Source: Girardia tigrina
Taxonomy: Eukaryota
NCBI GenBank assembly: GCA_001938485.1
Contig: MQRK01198580.1
Span: forward strand, 4,025-61,979
Reading direction: 5' to 3'
Length of the DNA stretch: 57,955 nt
Shown here: positions 11,621 to 25,163 of the stretch, piece after piece
Position numbering within the stretch: position 1 is the stretch's first letter
Layout: each line of letters opens with the position of its first letter
Position numbers and translations under genes: made by a program
The notes under the pieces: generated by a model
Databases searched by the model: none
Told to the model about the DNA's origin: nothing
The model's input: the letters and a program-made list of their open reading frames with translations, nothing else

Positions 11621-14261
11621 ATTACATATTACTCAAATAAGTTATTCCAAACTAACTATTAGTAATTCTTAGTAATGTTTTTGATTTTAATTTATTACTG
11701 CTCATTAAAAATAAAACAAAAATTTTACTTTGTAGTTTTGTTTCTTAATTATTTAACAACAATGTGGAAGAATTCTTGAAATTATTGGAATATATTAATA
11801 TAAAACATTTTTTGTAATGCAAAACATAGTTGAAATGTTAGTTATAACATAAATAAATTAAAATTGGTTTGTTAATTTGAAGCACCTTTTAACAAATTTA
11901 ATTAGGAGCGTCTTATCTCGTATAAATAAGAACATAAAAAAATCACCGACCATAAAAACAATTGATAAATAAAAGTATAAAAAGTAAAGATATGCTATGG
12001 TTACTTGAATCGGAAAGAGAACTTAAATAGTTCAAGGAAAGTCTAAACAAAACGGATCAATGCCGAAACGATAAGGAACTCAAATACCTGCTAAATTATT
12101 TTTGACATGAAAGAATTACTACGTACATAGAGAAAAACGATATAGCTTATCCGAAATGCTACAACTACGATTAGCTAAATTTGGTTGCACTGTCTCAGAC
12201 TGTTACATAAGGAATAAGCAGAACATAGAAATATTAGACACATGAGATGAGTGCGCGTGAACATCGTGCCTCCCAGAAGACAAGGCTGTTTTTTAACATC
12301 GAAATAATCACTATATTCCGATTATATATATAAATGCGTGTTTGTGAGATGGTAGCTAGTGAAAAATAAATATTTTAGACTATTTTTAAGCATACTCTGC
12401 TCGAGGGGACCCCAACTTGACACAAATATTTCAGGTTATTATTTTTTATATGAGACGTAATAAAATGTAAATTCTTTATATGTTACCATAACTCATCAAT
12501 TTTTCATTTGTAATTTTTATTTGACGTGTAAAACATGTAAAAGATAATTTTCATCGGTTGAGATCTCTGAAGTCATCAAACATTTTTATTCCAAATAAAA
12601 AAATTAATCTTTTTATGTGAATAAATATTAATTTCACAAATTCACACGCATCTACAATGACAACAAACAGAAATGATCAAACACACACTAGCACAAAACA
12701 CACACAATACACACATCTCCGTGAACAATACAATGTGATTATATATCATAATTCTTTGTTTAGTTTACAATCAATCAATCGATAACAGATTCTACACACA
12801 AACACGCAAATACACACAAACACCTTTGTCGATATTTGTTAGAAAGACAATCTCATCTTGTTCTTTTTTTTGAAAAATAAACAAATTATATTTTATCCGT
12901 GAATTTTTTATAATTTTATAATTTATCCTTATTATTATTTGTGTGGAATATTATCGTTTTATTCGAGGTAAAGACGGAATGGAGGACCTTATTTAAACAA
13001 ATTAAAACAATTCACTAAATTTGAATTTGAATAATTTGAAAATAATACCGGATTTATTAGATAATTGACGAACAATGGATGGATACAGTGAAGAAGAGAG
13101 TGTCTTAAATCGAGCGATAAGAATGATCCAAGAGGAAAGCTCGAATGAAGAGGTTTTGAAAGAAACTGAGTTGAATCTCCGATCGTTATGGAAAAGGTTG
13201 AAGAAGAAGGAAAAGAACAAATATATATCGATGAGGATTCATTTGATAAGGAATATTATCAAGATTCGACTGGCGATGATTCGTGTCAGTTAATTTACTT
13301 TATGCTTTATTAATTTTTCTCATTTACAGTTTTATTTATGACTTAAGTTTACTTCTCACCCATAAATATTTTGACCTAAACTATAATTATGACTTTAAAA
13401 AGCGGATCATAGAATATTCAGTTAACAGTTGCAAACAATGCATTCTCTGTTTCTAAATTTATTTTTATAAAGCATCGCCCCCTTAGAAAAGAAATAAACT
13501 TTAGAGAAAAAATTTACTTGTGTAAAGTTCTTTCATAAATTGGTCAAATTAAACTTGATACATTTAGTAAAATTGTTGTGGTTCTTGTGCTGACCCCATC
13601 TACAGAGGCTCATATTGCAAAAATATTATTCAAATAAAAACTGTTAAATACTTTTTCTTTAAACTATAAACTTTTTTTACTTAAATTAATGTATAAATAA
13701 AAATAAATAAATTTTAAGTTTGTAAAAAAATTTAATAGTATTTCATAGTTTTTTTGCGCGTAACTCACCCACTCATTAACACCTAAAATACTTAAACATT
13801 TTCGTGAATGCAGAATTTCTAAAGTATAATAAATTTACCAAAAATATGATTACCTATTTCATAGATGTAATAACCGAAATTAATTTATCAAGTAATCAAT
13901 TTAATTTTATTCCTTGATAAAACATTTTTTCTTATCTCTAATTTTTGGTATCAAAGGAATGGGATTGTAGCACTGAAATAACGACAATAGGTAAACATAT
14001 TAATAATAGTTTATTATTTAGTTAAAATAATTTAGGGGTGATAAGTTATTTTAATTCAAGAATTTTATGAACGGGATTATGAATATGTTTTGGATAATAA
14101 TTTCAAAAATTATTAACACACTGATGACCGAATGCCAACCAGTGAACAAGCGTTTTATATTTGGACCGGTTGATAACTCGTAAGCACTTAAAAATAAATC
14201 TAGGGGTTAAATAATGTGTACCTTAAATTATTAAACACTAAAAATATTTTAGAAGAATAAT

Positions 14262-14350
14262 ATCTTTCTTCTTTTTGGCCTTAGCCGTTGGGCTGTGGGT
14301 GCACCCAATTATGCACAAGTCTTCGACACATCAGACATTCCATGTTCAAT
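14262..14350 (-). mobile_element. 3' tail of an RTE-type retroelement
   Basis: Minus strand reads ...CAGCCCAACGGCTAAGGCCAAAAAGAAGAAAG, a GC-rich end followed by an (AAG)n-like tail. Confidence 0.45.
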
Positions 14351-14873
14351 CCAGAATAATATACTATATTATTAATATAATATTATATTATTATATAATT
14401 ATTTAATATATTGGTGTGTAATTCACAATAAAAGTTTTGGTCCATTTTTGAGCAAAAAAATTTTACAGTTTCAAAGTGTAAAATATTTAGAATTGAGACA
14501 GTTCTTCATTTTCCAATGCTTTATATTGGCTTGCTTTCTGTATATGTATCTATGGAATTTAGAAACCTATTTTTGAAGGTTTGTTCAATCAATTTTCTCC
14601 AAACTTTGCACTCTTACTCATTTTTGATGACAATAAATTAAAATGTGAAAATTTAACGAAAAGAAAGTTAACTAAATTGCAATTTTCAATTCTCTATACA
14701 TTTTACAATAGTCAAGAGATGTATGTGTTAGTGTTTTCCCGAATTCTGTTGGACAAGTAGAGTGCTGTCCGCAAGAAGCACGGGTATAAATGATTATGTT
14801 TTGATTTACTTTATATTTACTTCATTTTATACTTCCTAGGTTGTAATACTTTAATTTAATTTTGCCATCATTA

Positions 14874-14907
<34 letters not shown>

Positions 14908-16329
14908 TAAAAGTGTAAACTTAGTTAATATTGTTTGGTAAAAGTTAACTAGTAAACGCATTGACAACTAATTGGATATAAACTTGAACTAGTAAAATTA
15001 AAGATCTTATTAATCTGATTTAGTAAATATAGAATCTAAATAAAACGTAAAATCTAAGTAAATACTCTTACAAGTTAAAATGTGCCGAAATATTTTGTAT
15101 TATCGTTATAGAGAAACGCATTAATGGTTAATCTTTTTTCACTCATTTTAAAAGTTAAATGAAATAATTTATTTTTTTTCAATGATTTATTGACAAATTA
15201 TTCTTTAATATATTTAAAGTCTCATATAAAGTCCCTTACAATGTTATTAATCTGAAAATGATAACGTTATCTTTTAAAAAAGTGAATTTAATTGATACTT
15301 TTTATATAATAATTATTCTATTTATTTTATAATTCATAATTTATAATTTAATAAAATTTAATACAATTTATTATCTTAAACATACCGTATTTTTTAAAAA
15401 TAACAAAGGTAATAATAACTAATTAAAAAACCAATTAGCAATTATTATTTTTAAAAGATACTAAAGAATGATGAAAGTTCTGGTCGTTTATTGAAGTAAA
15501 AATATAAATAAAATTGGTTCTGATTAAAATTTACTTTCATTTTTATTAATTTCACATGGGACAGAAAGAAAATATAATTATAGTAAATATATTTTTGATA
15601 AAAAAAACTAATGACTCCTGAACGCATAAAAGAAACTTTCTGAAGTATTTATATTTTAAATTTTCAAAAACCCTCTCTAAAATATTAATTAATTTAAAAA
15701 AAATATTAAAAAACATGAAATTGAATATTGTATATTGAAATTGTCTGATCTCACTTGAAAAGCACAAATAAGAGAAAAAACAATCCAAGGATGTATAAAT
15801 ACTTTACATGTGTAAGGGTATAACTCGTTTTCTTTTCGTAAGTCCTATTTATTCTGGATTTTTGATAGTATCATTAAAAAATGGACTTGGTGTAAATAAG
15901 AGTTTGTCGTATAAATAAAAATTTTCACACAGAGCCTTTTCTTCGGAGCTTTCTGGTTTGTTGTACGAGGTTCGAGTAGTAGAAGCTGTTGATTTGAACT
16001 CCATTTTCAGTTAACTCAGCCAGGATAAGGTAATTAGCATACAAAAATAACTGTCAACCTGAGAAACCATCGGTGATTTTATGAAAATTTTCTTAGAATT
16101 GACTTTTCTTGCATATTTCTACTCTATAAATTTCCGTTTTGACTCTGGGAAATACTGTTCCTGTAAGAATCATAAACAAGTTGAATGATTACAGCTCTTT
16201 TCAACCTTCTTTTAAGAAAATTGTCTTCAGAAAAGACTATAAGTGAACATAAATTATAAACAGATGAAGTCTGGCCAATGAAATCTAGCCAATCTTATGG
16301 ACCTCCTGAAAAATTAAAAAAATCAGACG

Positions 16330-16620
16330 AAGAGCAATACATAACGAATATGTCTTCAGGAAGACGATGATTATTATTTTTTTAATAAAAAACAAGAATA
16401 TATTATTCACATCTCTAAATTAGACGCAATTTAAAGTGTAAGACAGTATATCTTAAAGCCTAGTCAATCAATCATCTAAAATAGTTTCTTTTTGAGTTGG
16501 ATTTGAAAGTATCTCCATATCTCTACAACTTTGATACCTTTGAGAGGAGCTTTCAGCTGCAGGTGAAATGTTAAAGACACAATCACCTTAAATCAAATAA
16601 GTGAATATGCTTTAATTTCT
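16330..16620 (+). mobile_element. hAT transposase C-terminal dimerisation-domain relic
   Basis: A degenerate ERxFSxAG-like motif near 16540-16570 preceded by a W..K.P-type segment; frameshifted. Confidence 0.45.
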
Positions 16621-17609
16621 CCTTGGTGATTATATTTTACACTTGATAAATTTAATTTGTGATTTTAAAATAATGTTGTAATGCTACAATTATGTTTTTT
16701 TTAATAAAATGATTACTTAAGTCGATTTCTTTGTTTATGATAAAATTTTAACTAGATTTTATCCATACCAATAATAATATCAAAAGTATGGCTATTTAAC
16801 TTCAAACGATCAATAAATACCTATAGTAGTTGCGACCGATAGTATCTTATCTCGTCTGTATATTTTTGAATTCAATAAAATAAAACTGAAACTAGATATT
16901 CAAAATTAAACATTGTAGTGATCTACCAAATCAACAATATATTCACCATTATATTAAAATTAAATATACTGCATTTATTTTAATTTTATTTACTCATTGG
17001 ACGGTCTTACATTATGCGGCTGCTTCAGCAAGTAGAAAAAATTGGAACCTATAATAAGAGTAACAATTAAAAATATCTATATCACTATAAGCGATAGCAT
17101 TTTAAATATATAATAAAAGGGTCGAAATCTGTAGAATTAAATTCAGAATATTAAATAATACCAAACATCCAAAATTTCTGATTCATGAAAAGAAAATAAC
17201 AAGTAACGATTATTCAAAGATCTGCAAGCTGAAATCCATTAAAATCTTCCGAAGCAATTGCTTTCCAAGATAACAAACTATATCCAAACAAACAAAATTA
17301 CTTCATGCAAGACTTGTCTAGACAATTGTATATAGACTATCAGTTAAAATATTTCTTCCCACTTACGAATTTTCTATAGTTTATTGTGCTTCAAATTTCC
17401 TCTTTGTATTCCTTCTTCCGTTATTTTGTTAATATATATTTCACTTAATTAAATTATTTATTTATTTTTAGATTTATATATAAAGAGAGTTCAGAAACCA
17501 TTCGAGAGACCTCCAAGCTTTATTTATAATTAATAATAATAATAAAGATGATAATAATAATAATAATTTTCATAAAACATAACATGATTTAAGTTTAATT
17601 ATTTTTAAG

Positions 17610-18068
17610 GAAAATGAAGAAGCCGAAGATAAAGAAAGAAGAATTTTTTGTGAGATTGATGAAGCGTCAAAAAGCCTTTCCGATGTGATAAATGCTATTG
17701 AGAGTGATGTCAAAGACCTAATCAACAGAACACAAGGCAACTCAAGTTGTGATTATTCGACAGAGATCTTAGAACTATTGAATGAAACTCAGTTTTCTTA
17801 TCAATTAATTTTATCTTACATTCACGAACTAAATTCTTCGATGATAGTCACTACTGATACGAAAGACCTTACTGATGTTTTACATACTATAAGGAAGAAA
17901 AGTATTGATTGTCTGGAAACGCTAGTAAAATTATTTACAAGCCAGTCGTCCGAAACCTCAAGCCCAACCTCTATAGACAATTGTCATTTGCCAACTGTAC
18001 ATATAGATTATAAATCCTTTGAAAATAAATTAAATTTACAAAGTTCTGACGCGAAGAAAACATTTGAG
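17610..18068 (+). CDS. Exon of spectrin-repeat-like gene
   Basis: TTTAAG|GAA acceptor and GAG|GTAAGA donor; overlaps ORF 17685..18098. Confidence 0.8.
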
Positions 18069-21000
18069 GTAAGATTAAACAGAGTTAAAGGACATTGAAC
18101 AATTTTTTAAGGATTTTATGAACAAATGTAAATCCGATGAAACAGAATTATATGAAAGCGTATTCATTTATTATTTACTTTAAGTTATAAATAAATTATT
18201 TTTAGGAAAATATATTAAACGTATTAAGTCCTGAAATCTCTGGTTTGAATATTTCAATTAATAAAATAAACGTTCGATTGGATCACTTAATAGAATGCAT
18301 TGATAAAAACATTTATTTTAATTATCCGGTAAAGTATTCCTTCATTTTATATATTTGTATATTTTATTTTATAGATGTTTTATTTAATAATATATTTTAA
18401 TATTAATCGCAATTTTTAAAAATATCAAACTAATACGAAAGTCTTAGCGTAAAATAAAAATATCACCCACCGAGTACCCTGTCCAAAGGTTCTAGTTATT
18501 TTTTTATATTTAGTTTTATGAGGAGTTAGTAAAAATTTTCAATTCACCGAATAATTTATAATTTTTTTTTAATTTAAAATTTTAACAATTACTAAATAAT
18601 TATATAAAACTTAAAAAAACAGTTAATCTTTTATAGATATTAATTATTTATATATTTATATGTACATATAAGGATATGCAAAACGATACGAATAAAAATT
18701 AACAGTAAGTATCATTTAAATGATCTTTGATTTGAATTAGAGTTATGGATATAAATTTTCATCTTGAGGATGTAGAGGTCGGAATTAATATAAATTGTTA
18801 GTAGACTTCGAGATTGTCATAATAATTTATTAAAAACAATATGATCTTCGTAAGAGGCTCGAATGAGGAATATCATCAGTATACATATTGATTAATGCCG
18901 TCAAACGTACACTTACTCATTACACCATACACACTATTTCGGTTGTGACTTATTACATAACATTACAGAGATCACACAGAACATTCCATGCATACATTAC
19001 GCAACATACATGTTAGGAAGAATATTAGTATTATTAAATTATTATTCAAAATTATAATCATTCAAATAAATATTAATTTATATAAAATTAATTAAATGTG
19101 GTTCCAATTATTTCATCATTAATTCTCGCATTTTTTATGTATTTCTTTTAATTATTAAATATATTTTGGGAAACGAAGTTATTGTGTAATTCTTATTAAA
19201 AACTAACAATACCTTTATTAGTTTTGATTATAATTCTCCTCACATAAATAATAATAAAAATAACAATTTAAGTTTAAATAGTGTAAGAAAAGTGTCCATC
19301 GTTTTCTTGATCTAATTTAATATTGTTTATGAAAACTTATAAAAACTAATTTCTGTCTTTAAAATCATTTTTTAATATATTTGATTATTAGATATTTATT
19401 AATAAATCTTTTAAAACAGGACGAATTGAGTTTACTGCACGAAAGATTATCTAAATTAGAATCAGATCCAATTGATCCGGACAAAGAGTTACAAAAGGAA
19501 GTGGCTGCCTTGAAGGACAAGCTGACTGTTTTACAAGACCGTATAGCAAACAAAAATCCTACGTATTGTGAACCCACAGATAAAATTTTATCACATGATC
19601 TAGACTTGCATTTATTACATTATTGTCCAGAAACTTCAATTTCGGTGAGATTACTAAACATACTTTATCAAAAATTGTTTTTAATCAATTCCTAAAGTTT
19701 TACGAGGTGATTATATCAACAACAATCAGTATCAATTTTGTTGGGGATCCAAAAAATTTTACCCACACCAAATTCTTTTTTTAATCCCCTCGTGATAATA
19801 ATAAATTCTTTATTCTCTTTATTTTCACTACAATATTTTCCAAACTTAGTCAAATGAAAAGCATATAAGTTTAACAGAATGACTTATAAAATTAACAAAT
19901 TCAAGCACATGTATCATGCTGGCCATAATATTACGGTTTTGTCTACACAGCCATGCTTCTTTGCTAATTTGACCGCTACCAAAGGAGGCCCTACCAAATA
20001 TTAACATGTTAAAGGTTGGAATTGTTGTTTATTCCAAAGGAAAATAAATAAAAAAGTGACCCCCAATGTAATTTATCAACGGACCCATAGATATATGACC
20101 GATAAATTACCTAGTTTAAATATAGAATAATGTTGCGACAGAATTAAAGATTAAAAATATGAGTCTTTACCTGTCTTTCACCAAAACAATACTTTTTCCA
20201 AAAAACCGTAATATTATGGCCAGCATGGTATATGAGTAGTTTTAATTAGTTTATAAATAGTTTTTGAAACGTTCAGACCCAATAAAGAATTTGCATAGTA
20301 GATATTTTGTAATTCCTCGTGGGTCCCAAGGTGGAATATCGAAATACCAATCCCATGGAAGTCGTATCGATTTTAGTGTCGGATGAGAAACCCAATGACT
20401 TAGTAGAGAAATTATAACTATTAAAAATTATTAATTATAACTAGAAATTATAACTATTCCAGAAATTATAACAGAAAAATAATTATTTTGAGATTTTTTT
20501 AGCTGTTTTGAACCTATAATCGTGTGTAGAATTAATCATCTACAGATGTACATCACTGACTTCTACTTTCAAGTTTTTTTTCTCACATCAAACAAACATT
20601 TATCCCGTATCAGAGGTTTAAATGTTATTTGCATTATGTGTTTTGTGTAATTGTCGTGATATATTGTTTTGTGAAATTACTGTTGTCAACGTATATATAT
20701 ATATATATAACCATACATATAAACAGTACAATTTATTCATCCTAAGAGTAATTTGGAGTAGGTTAAATCACACGTTACCTGTTGGTTATCATTGTGAAAT
20801 GTTAGTTTTTCTCTTGTACAATATTTTTAGTATACCCCACCTTCTTTTATAACCTGTGAGTTGCGTGCTACGCAGTTAAAATGACACAAGACACGTGGGG
20901 TATATAAGTGAAAATACGCTAATCTTCTTTTGTACCTTTTTATCCACTTTAATTAATTATTTACATAATTTAACTTAATTGAATTGATTATGTAATTTAA

Positions 21001-22306
21001 AAGTTATTTAACCAATCCCGCCCCCTGCAATGATCTGTAACAAAATGAAAAACTCATTTTTAAAGGTAACATCCGCTTTCTGAAACAGTCTTTTACAACC
21101 GCAAAAACGATGCTACAGGGATTTTTGCAGAAATTTGTATTAGGACATGTTACGATTCATAAAAAGTACTGACTAGTACCGATTTCTTTTTGCATCACTT
21201 TCTGACTTGAAAAAAGCAACATTATATTCAGAATTATCTGGATCATAGAACTCAGCATTTAAAGGAGAATGTACTAATTAAATAGAATTATCCAGAAAGT
21301 GTTGTATGCAATTCAAAAAAGGCCCCCTCTGTCTGTAAAGCTTCGCTATAAAGAAGTTACCCCCAACGTAATTTATCAACGGACTCAGATTTTTGACTGA
21401 TAAATTACTTAGTTCAAATATAGAATACTCCATAATGTTGCCACAGAATTAAAGATTTAAAATATTTAATTTTTTATTTAAATCTTTAGATTAATCAGTT
21501 ATACTTATTTTTATTAGCATACAATTGAGAATTTAAAAGAGTTTGAGCATCTTTTATCAGATTCGTCCATTACCGAAGATTATTTCTTAAATGGAGTTTT
21601 GAGTGCCAATGAATTTATGCCTCAAGAGCAACCATTTGATGTTTGTAGAAATATCTTTTAAAAGTTAAGAATTTAACATTTAATTCAGAACGACATTGCG
21701 GATCATGAAAAGCTCAATCAATTCAAGGAACAACTCAGGTTGTTTCACAGTTTGGTGCAGTTAATGAAATGGTATCTTTCTTACAATCAAATAAGAATCA
21801 AAGATGATTACCATGGTATTGAACAACAGATTCATAACATCAAGGTTAGAGCTCTCTTAATAACATGATTTTAAAAAGAAATTAATTTAAAAAATAAAAT
21901 TGAAACAAAATTTTAACACTATTGATTAAAATTTTTATATAACTGATAGTTATACAGTAAAGATTCACAAATTGCAACTTTGCAAAAGGCAACGAAATCT
22001 CAGTCGCAATTTGTGAATCTTTACTGTATCAATTTTTGAATTCAAAACAGCGCAATTAATAATTTTTATTATACACAAATTTAAACAAATTTTCGCTTCA
22101 TTTCTTTAAAAAATAATCATTTCAGCAATTTTTTTATTTATACAATCTTTTACTTATCCTAAAATATTCTAATAATTTTACAATAAAATATATTTATTCA
22201 GTTATTATTTACAATTTTTGAATTTAAAAATTTTATTTAATTTTGGATACTCAATTTTTAATAATACTTATTCAAAAAATTTTTAATTTTTGATGTACTT
22301 GGATTT

Positions 22307-22360
<54 letters not shown>

Positions 22361-23801
22361 NNNNNNNNNNNNNNNNNNNNNNNNNNNNNNNNNNNNNNNN
22401 NNNNNNNNNNATATATATATATATATATATAATTCTTTATTTTAATGTTGATCAGCAAACTCAAAATTGAGTAACTCATATTAATAATAATTTAGATTAC
22501 ATAAATTATTTTAAATATTTCCCTAAATCTAATTAACGTTGTCCATTTTTTCAGAAAATAATGATGACAACAATAATTACAATGTCAATGTTAGAAAGGT
22601 ATTCGAATATGATCTGCAAATCCAAACATGACGAAGACAAACTATTTACCCCCAAAATGAAAAGCGAAGCCCTGTCTTTATACGACAGTGTCATCGAAAG
22701 ACTCATATTAAATATAAAAAACCAAAAATTATGCTCCTTGTTTCAGGAGAAAGTAATATTCTTAATAGAGTCGATGAAAATGCAAGAAGAAAACTTGCTA
22801 ACTCTAAACATTTTCGATGAAGACAAATGTAAAATGATTCTACATGAAACATCTTGGTTGATAAACATGTGGCAATATTATGGCGAAAAGGTTCAATGCT
22901 TTGAACTAACTGAAAAATTTCAGAATTTAATCGAATTGGTTAACTCATTTAATAAAGAAAAAATAAAATTTATTGAAAAAAGTCATATTACAAAGGAAAG
23001 GAATTGCGAATACTGGATTGAAGTGTTACGAGATTGGCAAAATAGAACTGAGGCCCAGTTGATAGCCAATGCTCCAAAGGATACATTTACTAATTCTGCA
23101 GAAAATTGGAAACGTTTTCATGACATAATGTATCTTATATGCGAATTTAATCAAATTGATATCAACATGGACCATTATGAAGTGAAATTTGAAGTTGATT
23201 TTCTAGAATTTTTGAGAGCCCATAAATACGAATTAGATAAATCAAACAAATGTTTCATTGACACTCTTCTTGAGAGACAAGAACCTTTGTTTAAAATTTT
23301 ACATTTCATATCAGATGAACTTCATTGCCTTAGAGAACAAAAATCAAAATACTTACAGTCAGAAGAGTCTCTGGAAAGTATTCAGAAATCAACACAGATT
23401 AATCTTCAGGTTTTAGAATACATTGATTCCTTGATTGATAAAATTGATGGTAGCGACATAAAACGAACTGACTTAATTGTCGCGCAAATCAGAAAATTAC
23501 AAAAGGTCTTACAGGAAACAAAAAACGCTTTTTTGATGCAAAATACGTACTTTGAAAAGTTTTTGGAAGAAATGGAGAGGATTTCGGTTAGTTTGATTCA
23601 AGCAGATGAATCCATTCAAGCCGTAGATGTTCTTGTCAGTGGGGAACTTGACACTCTTTTAATTGAGTCACTTTCGGAAATGCTTAAGGTAGAACTACAA
23701 ATTAATATTTTTTTAAAATTATTTTAACCATATTTTTTATGTTTATAAAATNNNNNNNNNNNNNNNNNNNNNNNNNNNNNNNNNNNNNNNNNNNNNNNNN
23801 N

Positions 23802-23847
<46 letters not shown>

Positions 23848-25111
23848 CTAGAACTGATAATGGCATTTTTAATAATAATGAAAAGAAAGGCCATTTTTTA
23901 ATATTAAATTTATTCACAATGCATACGCGTTTCACCATTTTGGCATCTTCAGTGCAATGAAATAAAGTGATTAATTGATATTTATATAGTTGAAAAACTA
24001 TTACATCATACGTCTCAAAAACATGCTTTTTTTTCCTTTTTTTATTTTTTTAACAAAAAAAGTATTTTATTGATATTTAAAAAAACTTTAATATGATTAG
24101 ATGAATCACCTTGCACGTTTAAGCATGGTTTATGATGCTTTATTAACAATGCTTCGGCAATAATCCTTTCATAATTTGTGTCAAAATTATTTAAAATCAC
24201 TTTAAAAATAAAAAAAATAATTTTCTGACCCAAAATACAATAGGAACATGATTAAAGGTTTGGTACATAGAGTCTGGGGTTTAACATCAACCTTTGAGAT
24301 ATTTGATAATGAAGTTGATGAACTTCATAATAGGCTTTCTAAAAAAGGATTTAATAAAAAGTATTTAAATAAAATCATAAAAGACACTGTTGAATCCATT
24401 AATTTCAAATCAAATAATGCATCAAATATAACTTCGGGAAATGACATTGATAATCAAATGACTATCAATCTAAAATTACCGTACTCAGAGAGAGCAAAAG
24501 AGTTCAAACGATTTTTAGAACATCGNNNNNNNNNNNNNNNNNNNNNNNNNNNNNNNNNNNNNNNNNNNNNNNNNNNNNNNNNNNNNNNNNNNNNNNNNNN
24601 NNNNNNNNNNNNNNNNNNNNNNNNNNNNNNNNNNNNNNNNNNNNNNNNNNNNNNNNNNNNNNNNNNNNNNNNNNNNNNNNNNNNNNNNNNNNNNNNNNNN
24701 NNNNNNNNNNNNNNNNNNNNNNNNNNNNNNNNNNNNNNNNNNNNNNNNNNNNNNNNNNNAATCTTATGGATTACAATAAAGATTTTAAAGTGATTTTAAA
24801 TAATTTCGACACAAATTATGAAAGGATTATTGCCGAAGCATTGTTAATAAAGCATCATAAACCATGCTTAAACGTGCAAGGTGATTCATCTAATCATATT
24901 ACAGTTTTTTTTAAATATCAATAAAATACTTTTTTTGTTAAAAAAATAAAAAAAAGGAAAAAAAGCATGTTTTTGAGACGTATGATGTAATAGTTTTTCA
25001 ACTATATAAATAGCAATTAATCACTTTATTTCATTGCACTGAAGATGCCGAAATGGTGAAACGCGTATGTATTGTGAATAAATTTAATATTAAAAAATGG
25101 CCTTTCATTTC

Positions 25112-25163
<52 letters not shown>

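Larger units (their letters stand above)
23845..25113 (+). mobile_element. Penelope-like element, 5'-truncated with an inverted terminal copy, between (TA)n tracts
   Basis: RT thumb/linker ([17 protein letters not shown]...KKGFNKKYL...LKLPYS) and GIY-YIG C-terminus ([18 protein letters not shown]). About 23875-24205 is the reverse complement of about 24785-25113. Confidence 0.88.

Noticed and set aside
14121-14185. CTGATGA followed by a long stem
   Set aside because: No GAAA/UH. The region may instead be a weak exon candidate, which could not be joined reliably to the gene model.
20275-20350. TCCTCGT loop and GGTCCCAAG (HDV- or twister-like words)
   Set aside because: P3/P2 and the twister pseudoknots cannot be formed.
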